64,000 nucleotides of DNA from Scenedesmus sp. PABB004. Its lineage: Eukaryota. The notes beneath the pieces were generated by a model, which saw nothing but the letters and a program-made list of their open reading frames with translations, did not search any database and had not been told where the DNA came from. The stretch is taken from positions 62,001-126,000 of the forward strand of contig JABVCE010000029.1 of assembly GCA_014905635.1 (NCBI GenBank), given 5' to 3'. Position 1 is the stretch's first letter. Each line of letters starts with the position of its first letter. Shown here piece by piece: positions 35,809 through 48,676 of this stretch. The translations under genes and the position numbers were made by a program.

Positions 35809-36362
35809 CTCCGCCGGTGAGCGCGCGCGCGTGCGGCCGGCGGTGCGGTGTGGTGGAGGCGGCGGGCTGCGCCGGAGGGCGGGCGCGGGCTCGCGGGGGA
35901 GTGCGCACGGCGACGACGAAGCCCTGGGCCGTGGCAACTGACGCTACGGGGGCGCCACGCGAGGCGAGGGGAGGAGGCGAGGCGGGGGCATCTCTGGCGG
36001 GCGCCCTCGCTGTCGGCCGGCCGGCGCGCCCCAACGCGGGCGGCGCGGTGGCGGCGGCGGCTGTTCGGCGGGGCTGGGCGTGGTGGTGGTGGTGGGGGCA
36101 TTGCGTGAGACGGTTGCTGGCGGCCCGTGAAGGCACCGCCGCCTGCGCTGCAAGAGGGCGCAAGCTTACGTTCGGCCGCGGCCGCGCTGCGAGCGCGCGG
36201 CGCCGCAGCGCCGTTGTGTGATCGTGTGCGTCGCGGTGCTCGCTGCCGTTGTCCGCCGCCCGGCGACTGACCGACTTGGTGTGCAGGTGTGCAGAGTTGC
36301 GCGGTGCACAGGGGCTCGTGGCGCGTGTCCCGGGTTCGTTCGTTGTGCGACGCCCAGCGCCC

Positions 36363-39300
36363 TCAGCGGCGGCGGCGGCTGAAAATGCTCAGCGGAGGCT
36401 CCCCGCCCGCGAGCTGGTCCCCGTCCCCCTCCTCGTCGCCCTCGCTCTCGCCGCTCCCGCCGCTCCCACCGCTCCCGCCGCCGCTCCCGCCGCCGCTCCC
36501 GCCGCCGCCGCTTGCTGCAGCAAAAATGCTGAACCTCCCAAACTGTCTCACGTCCAGTTTCTCCACGGACCACGCGGGCGGCAGGAAGCGCGGGCGGCAC
36601 GTCGCGACAAAGGCCGCGCGGAAGCGGCGCACGAGGGCGTGCAGCGCCTCCTCGCCCCCCGCAGCGAGCGCGGCGGCGACGACTTGGCGCCCATGCCACG
36701 CGTGCCCGAGTTCCGCCACCGCGCCCGCCCCGCCGCCGCCAGGAGCGGCGGCTGCGCCCGCCTCGCCCGGCCGGCCCTCGCCCCCGTCCGCGCTCGCACC
36801 GTCCGCCTCCTCGGCGGCGCGGTGCGGCCCCTCCTGCTGCCCCTCCTGCTGCGCCGCCAGGTGTTTGTGCATCTTGGCGAGCGTCTTGGCGCGGTGCCTC
36901 GCTGACAGGCCCGCCACAAGCGCGGCCTCGATGTCAGCGGGGCTCGCCGCGCCGCCGGCGCCCGGCTCCCTGCGCGCCAGGCGGCGGCACGGGCGGCGCA
37001 CTGCGTGAGCGCGCGGCGCTGCGCGCGCAGGGCGGGCTCCGACTCGTGCGCGCGGCGGCCCCCGCGCGCGAGCCGCCCCCCCCCCCCCCCACGCGCCTCA
37101 GCCGCCCGCACCTGCCCATGTGGCGGCTGATGACCTCCTCCAGCTGCGCCCGGCGCTCCACCGGGATGCGGCCCCCGAAGCGCAGCAGCGCGATCGCCGC
37201 CGCGCGCGCCTGGTGCGCCAGCACCGCGGCGCTCACGGGCGCGGGCGGGCCGCCGCGGTACGCCGACAGCGCCGCCGGCGCGTCGCCGCCGCCGTCGTCG
37301 CCATCGCCGTCGCCGCTGCCGCCGTCGCCGCCGGCGTGGCCGCTGCCGTGCTGCGCCTGCTCCGCGGCGGCCAGCGCGTCCAGGGGGCGCAGCGGCACGC
37401 CGTACTCGGCCGCCACGTCGCGCTTCACTGCCTCGGCCGCCTTGTGTGCCACCTGCGCGCGGGCGCGGCGCGTCAGGCACGCGCCGTGCGCACAGCTAGC
37501 AGCGGCGCGTGGAGCACGCGGGGCGCCCGGGCCCTGCGGCGGCGCGCCGTCCTCCCTCCCGGCGCGCCTGGTGGCAGTCGACGCAGAGGAGCACGATGTC
37601 GTGGGAGCGGTGGCTCTTGAGCTCCGGCGGGAAGCAGCGCCGGTAGCAGCTCGGCACCTGCGCCGCGGCGGCGGCGGCGGCGGCGCGGCGGCGGTGACGC
37701 GCCTAAACCCCGAGCGGCTGCAGCAGCACGTGCGCGCCGCCGCTGCCGTGCTGCGATGCCGCCCTGCCTCCCCCTGAACCTCAAAACCCTTAACCCCTAA
37801 ACCCTAAGCCCCGCGGCGCACCCACCACGCGGTAGCGCAGGTAGTGCTCCGCCTGCCCGCACACGACGCAGCGGTTGGCGCGGCAGGTGGAGTAGAAGCC
37901 ATCGAGTTCCACCTGGAGGTCAGGGGGAGGGGCAGGGCAGGTGGCAGGGCCTCGGCGATGGTGCGCAAGCGCTTGAGCGCGAGCGCGCGGCGGCGCAGCG
38001 GCGCAGGCAGCCCGCCCGCGGCGCGCGCACGTTTGCGTCCGCGTTCTTGTGCTCGAACAGCAGGCGGATCGTGGGCGGCTCGGCGGACGTGAGCTCGGCG
38101 AGGCCCTTGTCCAAGTACCACTGCAGCTTGCGCAGGTCGCAGAAGCAGAGCAGCTCGCCGCGGCGCGACAGCATGCGCGCGTTGTCATAGACCGCGCTCT
38201 TGGCGCTGAACTTGGCAATCAGCCGCGCGCGGTGCTCCGCGCTGCCGTGCCGCGGCCGCGCGGCGCCGGGCGCGCGGTCCCCCGCCGCGGCGCCGGCGCC
38301 GGCGCCGCCGTGCGCGCGCGTCTCGACGAGCGCGCCGCCGACGGCCAGCACCGGCCCCGCGGCCGCGCCGGCCTCGGACGGCGCACCGGGGCCGCCCGGC
38401 TGCGCCGGCGCCGCGCCGCCGCCGGCTTCCGCGCCGGCACCGGTGACGGCGGCGTCGCGCAGCAGCGCCACGAGGCGTGCCGCGTCGCGCCGCACCGCGG
38501 TCGAGACCGCCCAGCGCGGCGCGTGCGGCAGGTGCGCGACCGCGGCGTTCAGGCCCGCCACGTGCGCCGCCACGACCGCGAGCAGGGCCCTGGCGCTGGT
38601 GGGCGGGGCATCGGCGAGCTCCAGCAGCGCCGCGTCCGGCAGCACATACTGCAGGCCCTCGTCGTCTGGCGGGCGGCGGCGGGCGCGGCGAGTGGGCGCA
38701 CGCGGCGGGGTGGGCGCCGCGGCGGCGCCGGCGCCTGCGCGGAGCGCGGCTGCGCGCGCGCCGGCGGCCGCCCGGCAGCACGCGCACACCTGCGCGCGCC
38801 GCGGCGTCGCGCCACGCAACCAGCGCAGCGAGGCGGTGGCGCACCACCAGCGTGTGCAGCACGTCGCCGGGGCCGGTGCCAAGCCCCGCCGCCCCCGCCG
38901 CCGCTGCGGCCACGACGGGCGCGCCCCTGCCGCCGCCGCCGCCGCTGCCGCCAAGCGCTGCGGCTGCGCTCGCGGCCGCGCGGCGCTGCGCCGCCAGCTG
39001 GCCGTGGCGCCGCACGGCCGCGGCGAGGCTGTTGCTGACCGCTCGGGCCGCGGTGGGCTTTTCGTACAGCTTGGCGGTGAGAGCGTTCGATTTTTGCAGC
39101 GCGCTCACCAGCAGCGGCCCCGGCGCCGCCAGGTCCTGCGCGCAGGCCGCGGCGGGCCGGCGGCGGTCGCGCGTGGGCGCCTGGGGCGTCCGCGCGGCGC
39201 GCCCGCCCTCGCCCCTCGCAGGGGCCTCCCCCGCGCCGCCGCGCGCGCCCCGCTGGACTCACCCCGCTCGTGCTCGGCGAGCGCGCCTGCAGCTCCGCCA

Positions 39301-40431
39301 CGAGCTGGCCCGCGAGGTGGGGCAGCCAGTGCACGTCGGACCGCGCGTACGTTTGCAGCGCGCGCGGCAGCGGCCGGCGCGTCCAGTCGGCGGTCTGCAG
39401 CGCCTTGTCCTGCGCCACGCCGCAGTACCGCCGTAGCAGCCCCGCCAGGCTGCACTCCCGGCCGAGCACCTGGCGGCGCCGGCGCCGGCGGCGCGGCGGC
39501 ACGGCGGGGCGTCGGGGCGCGCCGCCGCGCAGCGGACGTGCGGGGCGGCCCTCGCGGGCTTGCGGCCGCGGCGCGCCGCGCGTGCGGCCGCGGCCGCAGC
39601 AGCCTTCCCCCGCACCGTGGCGGCCTTCTCCGTGTCAAAGGCGTTGACCAGGTACAGGTGCGCCGCGGCCTGCAGCCAGCGCACGTCGTTCGCGCCACCG
39701 TGCAGGAGCTTGAGCACGCCCGGGTCGGCCAGCAGCGGGCGCAGCGCGGGCAGGTGGTCCCTCAGCGCCAGGGCGTCGACCAGGTAGTCAACGGAGCCTG
39801 CGCGCGCCGGGGTTTAGCAAAGGGTGGCGTGGTGAGGGTTTAGGGGGCGTGGCGCGGGACGCCCCGGCGGCGGCGGCGGCCACGGCGGCGCCAGCCGCGC
39901 GGGCGGCGCGCGCGCGCCTGTCGAGAGCTGCAGCAGGCACAGCGTGCCGAGGTAGGAGCGATGGCCGCTGTGCTCCGTATCCAGCGCGACGCATCGCACG
40001 CCCGCCAGGTCGGCGAGCATGGCCACGAGGCCCGCGGGCGTGTCGACCCACACGAGCGGTGTCGCGTCCAGGTCCGGCGGCCGCGGCGGCAGGCCCGGCA
40101 GCGCCGCGAGGGCCGCCGCCGCGGTCGGCGCCGACGCGCCGGGCGGCGGCGGCGGCACGCCGGCGGCTGCGCCGCGCGGCGCCTCGTTGCGGACGCCAAA
40201 CGCCGGCACGCGCGGGTGCTCCAGCAGCGCGGCGATCTGCTCCGCAAACGGGTGCTGCTGCCCCGCGCCGCCGGCGGACGAGCCCGTCAGGTGCACGAAG
40301 GGCGTGTCGCTGTTGTCGGTCAGCCGGCCGCGGAGGCGGCGCTTGGGCAACCGCGCGCCGCGCCGGCGGCGGCGCAGCAGCAGCGCGCCGCCGGCCGCCC
40401 CCGCGAACGCGCCGGCGACGACGGGGAGCAT
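36363..40431 (-). CDS. RRP6L3: RRP6-like 3 (DEDDy 3'-5' exoribonuclease, HRDC, EXD2-like C-terminal Cys/His domain)
   Basis: DNSDTPF, ALDTEHSGHRSYLG, LHGGANDVRWLQ, ADWTRRPLP, YARSDVH, DEGLQYVLPD, CVVCG, SHRSHDIVLLCVDCH; hydrophobic N-terminus. Confidence 0.88.
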
Positions 40432-40812
40432 CTGTGAGGAACGACGTGAGGTGTCGGAAGTCAAAGGCGTGCTCTCACCCACCCATGCACGCGCCACGCC
40501 GCCGCAGCGGGCCGGCGACGCACGGGCATCTGCGCCGCCGCTCACCCGAGCGCGCAGGGAGCTGGCTGCCGCGGTCTCGATGCGGTGAACGGTGCTCCAC
40601 ACGCAAGCTGTTTCTGGCCCCGCAGGGCGGCGCGGCGGAGCGGGCGCGGCGCCGGCACTGCTGCCGCTCTGCGCTGCTGCTGCCGCTGCTGCTGCGCGTG
40701 CTGCACGTGCGCGAGTGCGCCCTCGAGCGGAGAGTGCGCTGGGTCTCTGGGGGTCACGACGAGCTGCCGCGGCACACGCGGCGTGACAACATCCGCCGTG
40801 CCGCGGTCAACC

Positions 40813-42759
40813 CTACAGCCGTGCAGGGCCGTCGCCCGCCAGCCCCGCTGCGAGCAGCGCGGGGTCGCCCAGCGCGCCGATCATGTCGCCCGCGAGCGTG
40901 GCGCGCCCGCGGGCCGCAAACGTCGCCGCCGCCGCGGCGCGCATCGTCAGGCAGCCGCCGTACGCCGCCAGCATCAGCGGCGGCACCCCGCCTCGCGGCG
41001 CCTGCTGCTGCTGCTGCTGCTGCTGCTGCCCCTGCTCCCGCCGCGCCGCGGCGTTGACCCAGGATATGAACGTCGCGGTCGTGCCTGCGGCCGCGGCGCG
41101 CGCGCGCGCGTGAGCCCAGCGCGGCGCCGCCCGCCAGCGCCCCGCCCCTTGTACAAACGGCCCGCCGCGCGCGCCCGCGCACCAGTCAGCACGTCGCCCT
41201 GCCCGCCGCAGCGCCGCGGCGAGCCGTCGGCGGTGACGAGCAGCACGCGGGCGCCGTCGCTGATCACGTCCACCGGCCCCTTGGACAGCACGGCCGGGCC
41301 GCCCAGCGCCGCCGCGAGCGCCTGCGTCTGCGCGCGGGGCGCGGGCCGGCGGCGGCGTCGGGCTGCTGCGCCGCCGCCGCCGCCGCCCGACCGCGCAGGC
41401 CTCGCCCTGGCCCCGCCGCACCTGCTGCTGCCAGTGCGCGCCGATGCGGCCCGGCAGCTCCAGGCCCACCGCCGCGGCGAGGCGGCCAAACTCAGCGATG
41501 TTGGGCGTCAGCAGGCAGTTGGCGTAGCCGCGCACGGCCTGCGCGCGGCGCGGCGCGGCCAGCGCGCGCGCGAGGGTCGCGGCGGCGCCCCCGGGCGGGC
41601 CTCTGCCCGAGAGAGCGCCCGCGCCCGCTGCGGCAGGAGTGCGGCGGGGCGCCGGCCGCGCCGTGCGCGCCTGGGGCCGCGCCGCGATGAAGTTGAGGCC
41701 GCTGCCGTCGATGACCAGCGGCAGCCCCAGCGCCCGCGCCGCCGCGACGGCCTGGAACATGCACTCGCCCACCTGCGGGCGCCGCGCGGGCGCCCGCGGG
41801 CGGGCTGGCGGCTCGCGCGGCGCCCGCCCGCGCGGCGGCAGCGGCCCCCGCGGCGGCTGCGCTGTGGAGCTCGGTCTGCTGCCAGCCGGCCGGCGGGGCA
41901 GCCGCGGCCGCGCCTGCGGGTCGTCGCCCAGGCCGGGGCCGATGACAAGCGCGCTGAGCCGCCCCAGCCACGACTCCAGGTCGGCTGCGAGCCGCGCGCG
42001 CGCCGCGCCGGCCAGCTCGGCGCCCAGCTGCGCGGCGGCGCGCGGCGCGGCCGTGAGCGCGCGGGCGCGCGCGCCCGCGCCGCCGCCGCCGCCGCGCCAC
42101 TGCCGCCGCGCCACCGCCGCCGCCGCGCACCCCGGCCACGTGCTCGCTGTCCAGCAGGCTCGGCAGCACAATGAGCTCCGGGGAATAGGCCTTGATCACA
42201 GGCGCGGCGCCGGGCGTGCAAAACACGTACGCCAGGTCAGCGCCCATCTGCATGCGAACGGCGGCGGCGCGGGGTGGCGCGGGATGCGGCGGGCCCGAGC
42301 GACGCGCGGCGGCGCACGCCGCGACGCCTGCCGCGCACCCGCAGCGCCGACATGGCGGCGAAGAAGGGCGCGCCGGTGTACTCGCGGCAGCCGCCCACCA
42401 CGCCGACCTTGCCGGCCTGGCCCTTGTAGCCCGCGCCTGCGCCGCGCCGCGCGGCGTCGCGTGCGCTCGTGGCGCTGGCGGCGCGAGAGCCCCGTCGCCC
42501 GGCTGCCCGGTGCGCGCGGCGCGCTGCGCTCACCGTCCAGGCCTGGAACCACGGCGCGCAGCGCGGCCACCAGCTCCTCGTGCGGCGCGCAGCTGGCCAG
42601 CGGCGCCATCGCTGCCGCCGCCGGCGCTGCTGCCGACGCCGCCGCGCGGCGCCCGCCGCCGAGCAGCAGCAGCCGCGCGGCCCCCGCCCCCGGAGCGCCT
42701 GAGATGCTGGCGGCGCCGTGAAGGCGCGGCGCGGCGCGGCGCGCGGCGGCCAGGGCCAT
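40813..42759 (-). CDS. NAXD: ATP-dependent (S)-NAD(P)H-hydrate dehydratase; about 8 exons
   Basis: [70 protein letters not shown]. Confidence 0.93.
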
Positions 42760-43160
42760 GCAGCGGACCCGGCGCCGAGCAGCAGCGCGCGGCGGGCTGC
42801 TCGGCGTCGGCGCGGCGGCGTGCGGCGCGGCGCAGCTGTGCGGTGACTCTGTGGCGGGCGCGGAACGGCCCGGGGGCGCCACACGCACGCTGCGACGCGG
42901 CGGTTTGCTCGGCCGACGACGCTCGCTCGCTCGCTCGCGGCGGCGCGATCACGAGCCCCGAGGTCTTCCGCCGCACTGTCGGTTGGCAAGCCCTGTCGTC
43001 GATCTCGGGACCGGAAGCCAGCACGCGGCCCCGCTGCAGCTCGCTTGGCGCCGGGCGGCCGCTGCTGCTGGCGCCAGCGCAGCGCAGCGGTCGGTGGCCC
43101 TCGCCTGCCGCACCCAGGCGATCATAGAGCAGCTCCCACCCTGCGGCGCACGGCAGGGCG

Positions 43161-43275
43161 ATGCGGCGCTGCGCCCGGGCGGCAGCGGCGCTGGCGCGCC
43201 GCGACTGCAGCAGCAGCGGAGCGGCAGCGCCGCCCGGCCCGGCAGCAGCTCGCGCGCTCGGCAGCCCGGCAGCGT

Positions 43276-43311
<36 letters not shown>

Positions 43312-45014
43312 CGGTGAAAGGCAGTGCCAGCCGGGCCGCGGCGCCCTCGCGCCCGCTGCACGCGTCCAGCGCGGCCTGGTCGGCGTCGGCGGCCGCCAGC
43401 GGCGACGTCGCCGCCGCCAGCGCGGCTGCCGGCGCGGCCGCCCCACGACCCGCCGACGCGGCGGCGCGGGCGCTTACGCGCGCGCTCGCGGACGCGCCCA
43501 GCCTCACGGCGCTGGCGGGCGTCGCGGCGGCCGCGCCGGCTGATGGCCTGAACGCGATCCACGTGGCCGCGGCGCTCGGCCGCGCGGCCCAGCTCGCGGC
43601 CGTCGAGGGGGCGGCGCCGCCGCCGGCGCTGCTGGCGCAGCTCGGCGCGGCGTGGGCGCGCGCGCTGCGGGGGTCGCCGGGCGCGGGCACGCGCGAGCTC
43701 ACGAGCGTGCTGCGCGCGTGCGCCAAGCTGCGGCTGGGCGGCGACGAGGCGCTGGGCGCCGCGAGCCTCGCCGCGCTCGTGGCGCGCGTGGCGGAGGCCA
43801 ACTCGCAGGACGTCGCCAACGCGGCGTGGGCGCTCGGCAGCCTCGCGGCGGGCGGCCGCGGCGCGCTGCCCGGCGCGAGCGCGCAGCAGGTCGCCGACGC
43901 GCTGGCGGCGCTCACGGCGCGCCTGGCGGCGCTGCCGGCGGCCGAGGTGTCGCTCCAGGCGGCCGCCAACACGCTCTGGGCGCACGCCAAGCTGGGGCTG
44001 CAGCCCGCGCCGGGCGACCTCGACGCGCTGCTCGCGGCCGCCGCGGCGCAGCCGCTGCGCGAGGCCGGCGCCGCGCAGGCGCTGTCCAGCACGCTGTGGG
44101 CGCTGAGCGAGCTCCACCTACTCGCGGCCGAGCGGGCGCCGCCGTCGCCGTCGCCGGCGCGGCCGCGGCGCGGCGCGGGCGGCGGCGGCGAGCAGCAGGC
44201 GCAGGCGGCGCGGCCGTCGCCGGTGGAGGCGGTGCTCGGCGACGCGGCGCTCGCACGCATCGGCGCCGCCGCGCCGCAGGCGGTCGCCAACTGCCTGCTC
44301 GCCCTGGGGCGGCTGAGCTCGGGCCCCGGCGCGCCGCTGCGCGTGCCGCGCGCGCAGGCGGCGGCGGCCGCGCTGCTGGCCGGGCCCACCGCGGCGGCGC
44401 CGCTGGCCGGCTGGAACGCTCGGGACGCCTGCAACTCGCTCTGGGCGGCCGCCAAGCTCGGCGTGAAGGATCCCCGCTTCCTCACAGCGGCGGGCGGCGC
44501 GGCGGGCGCAGGCTGGCTGCCCGGCGCGTCGGCCGCCGACGTCACGCAGGCCGCCTGGGCGTGCGCCAAGCTCAAGCACCGCGACGCGGCGCTCGTCGGT
44601 GCGCTCATGGCGCGCGCGCGGGCGCTGATGCACGCGCGGCCGCGCGCCGGCGCCGCCGGCGGCGCCGGCGCGCGCGGCGGCGCCGCCAGCCAGGCGGAAC
44701 GGACCTCGCTCGCCGCGACGCTCTGCTGGGCGGCGGCGGTGCTCGACCTGCCGGCCCTCGTGGGCGACGTCAAGGCGCTGCTGACCGCGAGCGGCGTGCG
44801 CGGCCAGGCCGAGCCGCTCGCCCTGGCGGACGCGCGCGCGCTGTGGAGGGTGCACAGCTGGCTGCTCCATCAGACCCACCGCCTCGGCGGCGCGGGGCTG
44901 GCCAAGCTGCTGAGCGAGCAGCAGCTCGCGGCGTGCGCGGCGGCGAGCCGGCACACGCACCGGCGCACCCCGCCGGCGGGGGCGGGCCCCGCCCGCCCCA
45001 GTGACGCGCTGTGA
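43161..45014 (+). CDS. Octotricopeptide-repeat (OPR)-like organellar RNA-binding protein, single exon
   Basis: Repeats SQDVANAAWALGSL, LQAAANTLWAHAKLG, AQALSSTLWALSEL, PQAVANCLLALGRL, ARDACNSLWAAAKLG, AADVTQAAWACAKL; transit-peptide-like N-terminus. Confidence 0.78.
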
Positions 45015-45267
45015 ACCGCGGCGTCCCTCTGAACCGCCCGCCGCTCACCGCTCTCCCCAGCTCTCAGCGAGCTCTGCACTCCATTCCGAGCACTGCAAGC
45101 TCTGCCTGCAACGGCGCAGCGCTCGCCGCGCGCACGGAAGCCGAGCGCCGCAGCGGCGGCGCAGTCCGCGCTCCGCAGTGCGAGCTCGGCGCCGTGCATC
45201 GCGCTGGTGTCTCGCGCCGCAAGCTTGCAGCCGCGGCAGGCGCGCGCCGCGGCGGCGACGGCGGCGA

Positions 45268-46113
45268 ATGCAGCGCCAGGCTGCGCCGCGCGGCGCGGCG
45301 CCGCGTGGCGCGGCAGCGGCCGTGACCAGGCGCGCTGCAACCCCGCACACGACGCGCATGGAGCGCGTGGCAGCCGGCGCTGCCGGCGGCGACCGCGATC
45401 CTCGCGCAGCGGGCAGCGCCGCCGGCAGCGGCGGCGACGCTGCTCGCGCAGCGGGCAGCGCGGTCCGTGGCGGCGGTGCGGGCACAGCAGCGGCGCCGTC
45501 GCCGCCGGGCGGCACCGCCGCCGACCGCGTCGCCAGCGCCCGGGTCGACCTCGGCGACCGCGTGGAGCAGGTGGCGGTGCCGCTGTCGCACGCCGACGCG
45601 CGGCTGGTCACGCTCTCACTGCGCTTCCCGCTCGGGCTCGTCCTCGAGCGCAGCGCCGATGGCGGCGCGGTGGTCGGCGAGCTCACGCCCGGCGGCGCCG
45701 CCGACGCCGCGGGCGTGCGGCTCGGCGACGCGCTGCGCGCCACGACGGCGATGGCGATGCAGATGACGTACCCGGCCGTCAACCTGCTCCTGGGAGGTGC
45801 GGTGACTCGCTGCATGCAGCCGGCCGAGCAGCTGCGGTGGGTGCGGTGGGCCGGCTGCATGCAGCGAGCGCGCTTCGCCGCATGCCGCGCAGGCGTGGGC
45901 CGGCCGCGGTTGGTCAAGATGCTGCTGCCCGCCGCGGCGGTGCCCTTCCCAAAGCTCCTCGACGCGGTGCGCTCCAACACGGCTGACGCCGGCGGGGACG
46001 GCACCGTCGCGCTCGTGCTGGAGCGCGTCGACGCCGACGCAGCGCGCGGCGGCGGCGAGCGCGAGCCCGCGCCCTCGAGCGATGGCGCGTTCGACCCCGA
46101 GATCTTTGAGTGA
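45268..46113 (+). CDS. PDZ-domain protein, probably plastid-targeted; intron 45797-45892
   Basis: LRFPLGLVLE...VVGELTPGGAADAAGVRLGDALRA...VALVLER; start codon uncertain. Confidence 0.65.
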   Translation: MQRQAAPRGAAPRGAAAAVTRRAATPHTTRMERVAAGAAGGDRDPRAAGSAAGSGGDAARAAGSAVRGGGAGTAAAPSPPGGTAADRVASARVDLGDRVEQVAVPLSHADARLVTLSLRFPLGLVLERSADGGAVVGELTPGGAADAAGVRLGDALRATTAMAMQMTYPAVNLLLGGAVTRCMQPAEQLRWVRWAGCMQRARFAACRAGVGRPRLVKMLLPAAAVPFPKLLDAVRSNTADAGGDGTVALVLERVDADAARGGGEREPAPSSDGAFDPEIFE

Positions 46114-46415
46114 GCGTGCGTGCTCACTCAAAGAGAGAGCGAGAGAGAGGCGAGAGAGTTGGCTGCCTCGGGCGACGAGCGACTGCGGCGGGCGCCGCGG
46201 CAGGGCTTTGCCGCCGACGCGCGGTTGAGGAGGCGGCCGGGTCAGTCGAGGTGCTTAAAAGGGCCGCCTCACGCCGCACAGCCCCGCGTCTGCGGGGGCC
46301 AGCGGGGGCGCGGAGCAGCAGCTCGGCCAAGCAGCAGCGCGCCGCCACCCGCCGCGCGCGCGCGCGTTCGATGGGTCGATAGCTCGCCGGGCGCGTGCGC
46401 CCGCCCGTGGCTTGC

Positions 46416-47729
46416 ATGATGCGGGACGCGGCCGAGCCCGCAGCGGCGGCGGGGGGCCGACGCAGGAGGACGGCGGCGGCGCCGCCGTGCCGGATCGGTC
46501 TCTTCTCGCTGCAGCTGCAGCCCCGAGACCTTGAGGTGGAGTTCTGGCGATCCTCCGGCGCACAGCGGTGCGGGCCGCAGGGGTCGGCGGCGGCGGCAGC
46601 AGCAGCGGCGGCGGCGCCCGACGCGCGGCTCCTCTGCTGCCCGCCGGGCCGCAGGGCCATGTTGCGCGCTGATGCCTTTGCGGTGTTTGGCACCGCCTGG
46701 CAGTCCGTGGCCGCCTGGCGGCACGTGTGGCGGAGCGTGCGGGCAGCGCCGCCCGAGCTCGCGGCGCTCTTCCGGCTGCACGAGGCCGTGCCGAGCGTCG
46801 CCGCGCTGACGTTCACCGTCGTCGCGTGCGCGGCGGCCACGCTGGGGCTCATGGTGGCGCGGCCGGCGGCGTACCGCCTCCTCCGCGACCGCGTGGCGCT
46901 CGCGAACCGCCTGCTGCGCCTGGCGCCGTTCCTCGCGCAGCACCTCGGCGGCTCCACCATGCCCGCGCTGGCGTATACGTGGGCGATCGGTGTGCGCGTC
47001 GCGCAGCACGCCGGCCGGCCGTGGCGCGCGCTCGCGATCAACCTGGTGCAGCCGACGATCTTTTTCCTGCAGCAGAGCTGCTGGCTGGTGCCGTGGCGGC
47101 TGACGGCGCCGCTGCAGGCGCTGGTGTTTGTGGTGTCGCTGGCGTGGTCGGCGCGGCTGCCCTGCCTCCTGCCGCTGCAGGCGCTGTCCGCGGCGGCGGC
47201 GGCGGCGGGCGGCGGCGGCGCGCGCGCGTGCGCGGGCGGCGTGGTGTTCCAGGAGCAGGCGGAGGCCGCGTGCCTGGCGGTGCGTTACGTCATGGCCATG
47301 GCCGGCACGGCCGCCGGCGACGCGTCCACCGCGGCCGCGCTGCAGGCGACACCGCTGTGCGAGGGCGCGGCGGCGGTGCAGCTGCTGCAGGTCTTTGCGG
47401 CCACGCTCATGCTGCTCGTCCTGCCCGCGGCGGTGAGCTACGGCCTCGAGCTCTCGCTCAAGCGGAGCTTCTTGGCGGCCGCGGGGCGGCGCGCGGAGGG
47501 GCCGCTGCCCGCGTGGCTGGCGGCTGGCGGCGGCGCTGGCGACGGCGCCGCCGCGGCCGAGCCTCGCCCGGCCGCGTGGGCCCACCGCGGCCCGCCAGCG
47601 GTGCTGCTGGTGCTGGTGGGCTTGTGGCTGCTGTGGACGGCGTGCGAGTTCACGGTGTGGGTGCTGCAGGGCGTGCCGTGCGAGGCGGCGCTGCTGGATG
47701 TGGCGCCGCCCGGGTGCGCCGCGGCCTAG
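46416..47729 (+). CDS. Uncharacterised multi-pass membrane protein, single exon
   Basis: Long ORF with coding-like codon usage and several hydrophobic segments. Confidence 0.6.
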   Translation: MMRDAAEPAAAAGGRRRRTAAAPPCRIGLFSLQLQPRDLEVEFWRSSGAQRCGPQGSAAAAAAAAAAPDARLLCCPPGRRAMLRADAFAVFGTAWQSVAAWRHVWRSVRAAPPELAALFRLHEAVPSVAALTFTVVACAAATLGLMVARPAAYRLLRDRVALANRLLRLAPFLAQHLGGSTMPALAYTWAIGVRVAQHAGRPWRALAINLVQPTIFFLQQSCWLVPWRLTAPLQALVFVVSLAWSARLPCLLPLQALSAAAAAAGGGGARACAGGVVFQEQAEAACLAVRYVMAMAGTAAGDASTAAALQATPLCEGAAAVQLLQVFAATLMLLVLPAAVSYGLELSLKRSFLAAAGRRAEGPLPAWLAAGGGAGDGAAAAEPRPAAWAHRGPPAVLLVLVGLWLLWTACEFTVWVLQGVPCEAALLDVAPPGCAAA

Positions 47730-48676
47730 CGGCCGGGTCAACGCTTTGAGGTCATCCGCACTGTCGGGGCGTGGCGCAGCTGCTGAAATGCTTGCCAACA
47801 CGCGGGCTTGAATGCTTGCAAGTGCACGTCGCAGCTCGCCCTTCCATAACTGGGACTTTTGAGCAACAGCCCGCACGGGCTGCGGGGGGTCTCGTGTCTG
47901 CTATTGCGCGCGCCGCCGCCGCCGTTGGGGTGAACGCTGTGTGGGTGTGTGGGTGTGGGTGTGGGCGGGCTCGGGCTTGGTCGGGACGCCCGCTGCCTGG
48001 TCGACCATGCTGCGGGCGCTGTGAGTGTGACTGCTGGGTGCCGGTGCACGTGCCGGCAGCGGGGGGCGGACGTGTGACTGTTGACGACCGACGCGCGTTA
48101 ACACCCTGAACGCGCAAGAAAGCTCCCAGACCAGCCGGGGCAAGTGCGGTGAGACAGATCCGAGCAGCTGGTGGAAGCCAAGGGCGCCGCCACGCCGCGC
48201 TGTGCTGGTGCGCTCTCACTCGGCAGCAGCAGCAACAAAACGCGCGACGACATCGCGCGACGCCGGCCGCCTGGAAGCCAGGCGGTGCGGCACAGGCGCC
48301 GGGCCAGCAGCGGCATGCATTTGCGCCGCCCGCGCGCGGCGCGCCGCCGGCGTGCACAACGCGCGCAGCCCGGGCGTGCCGGCGCGCGGGAGGCAGGGCA
48401 GTGCGCGCCAACGGGGCAGCTCGCTGCCGCTCTCTGCACGCCGCTCACGCTCGCAAGGGGAAAAAGCCAGGACGAGGGGCGGCGCGCCACGCGAGGGCGC
48501 AGCAATCGCTGGGCAGCGGCGCGCCTGAGTCGGTCACAAGCTGAGGGAGGTCCGGCGGCGACGCCGGCAGTGCACCTAGGCGTCTGGGCCGCCGCCGCGG
48601 CATTGCACAATTGTGCGGGCGGCGGCGGCGGCGGCCGGCGCTCGCACTGCAGGGCCGCGCGCCCCGGCCGCCGCGC

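Noticed and set aside
47730..48676. AT-richer intergenic stretch possibly holding an RNA gene
   Set aside because: No tRNA, snRNA or snoRNA signature; consistent with convergent 3' UTRs
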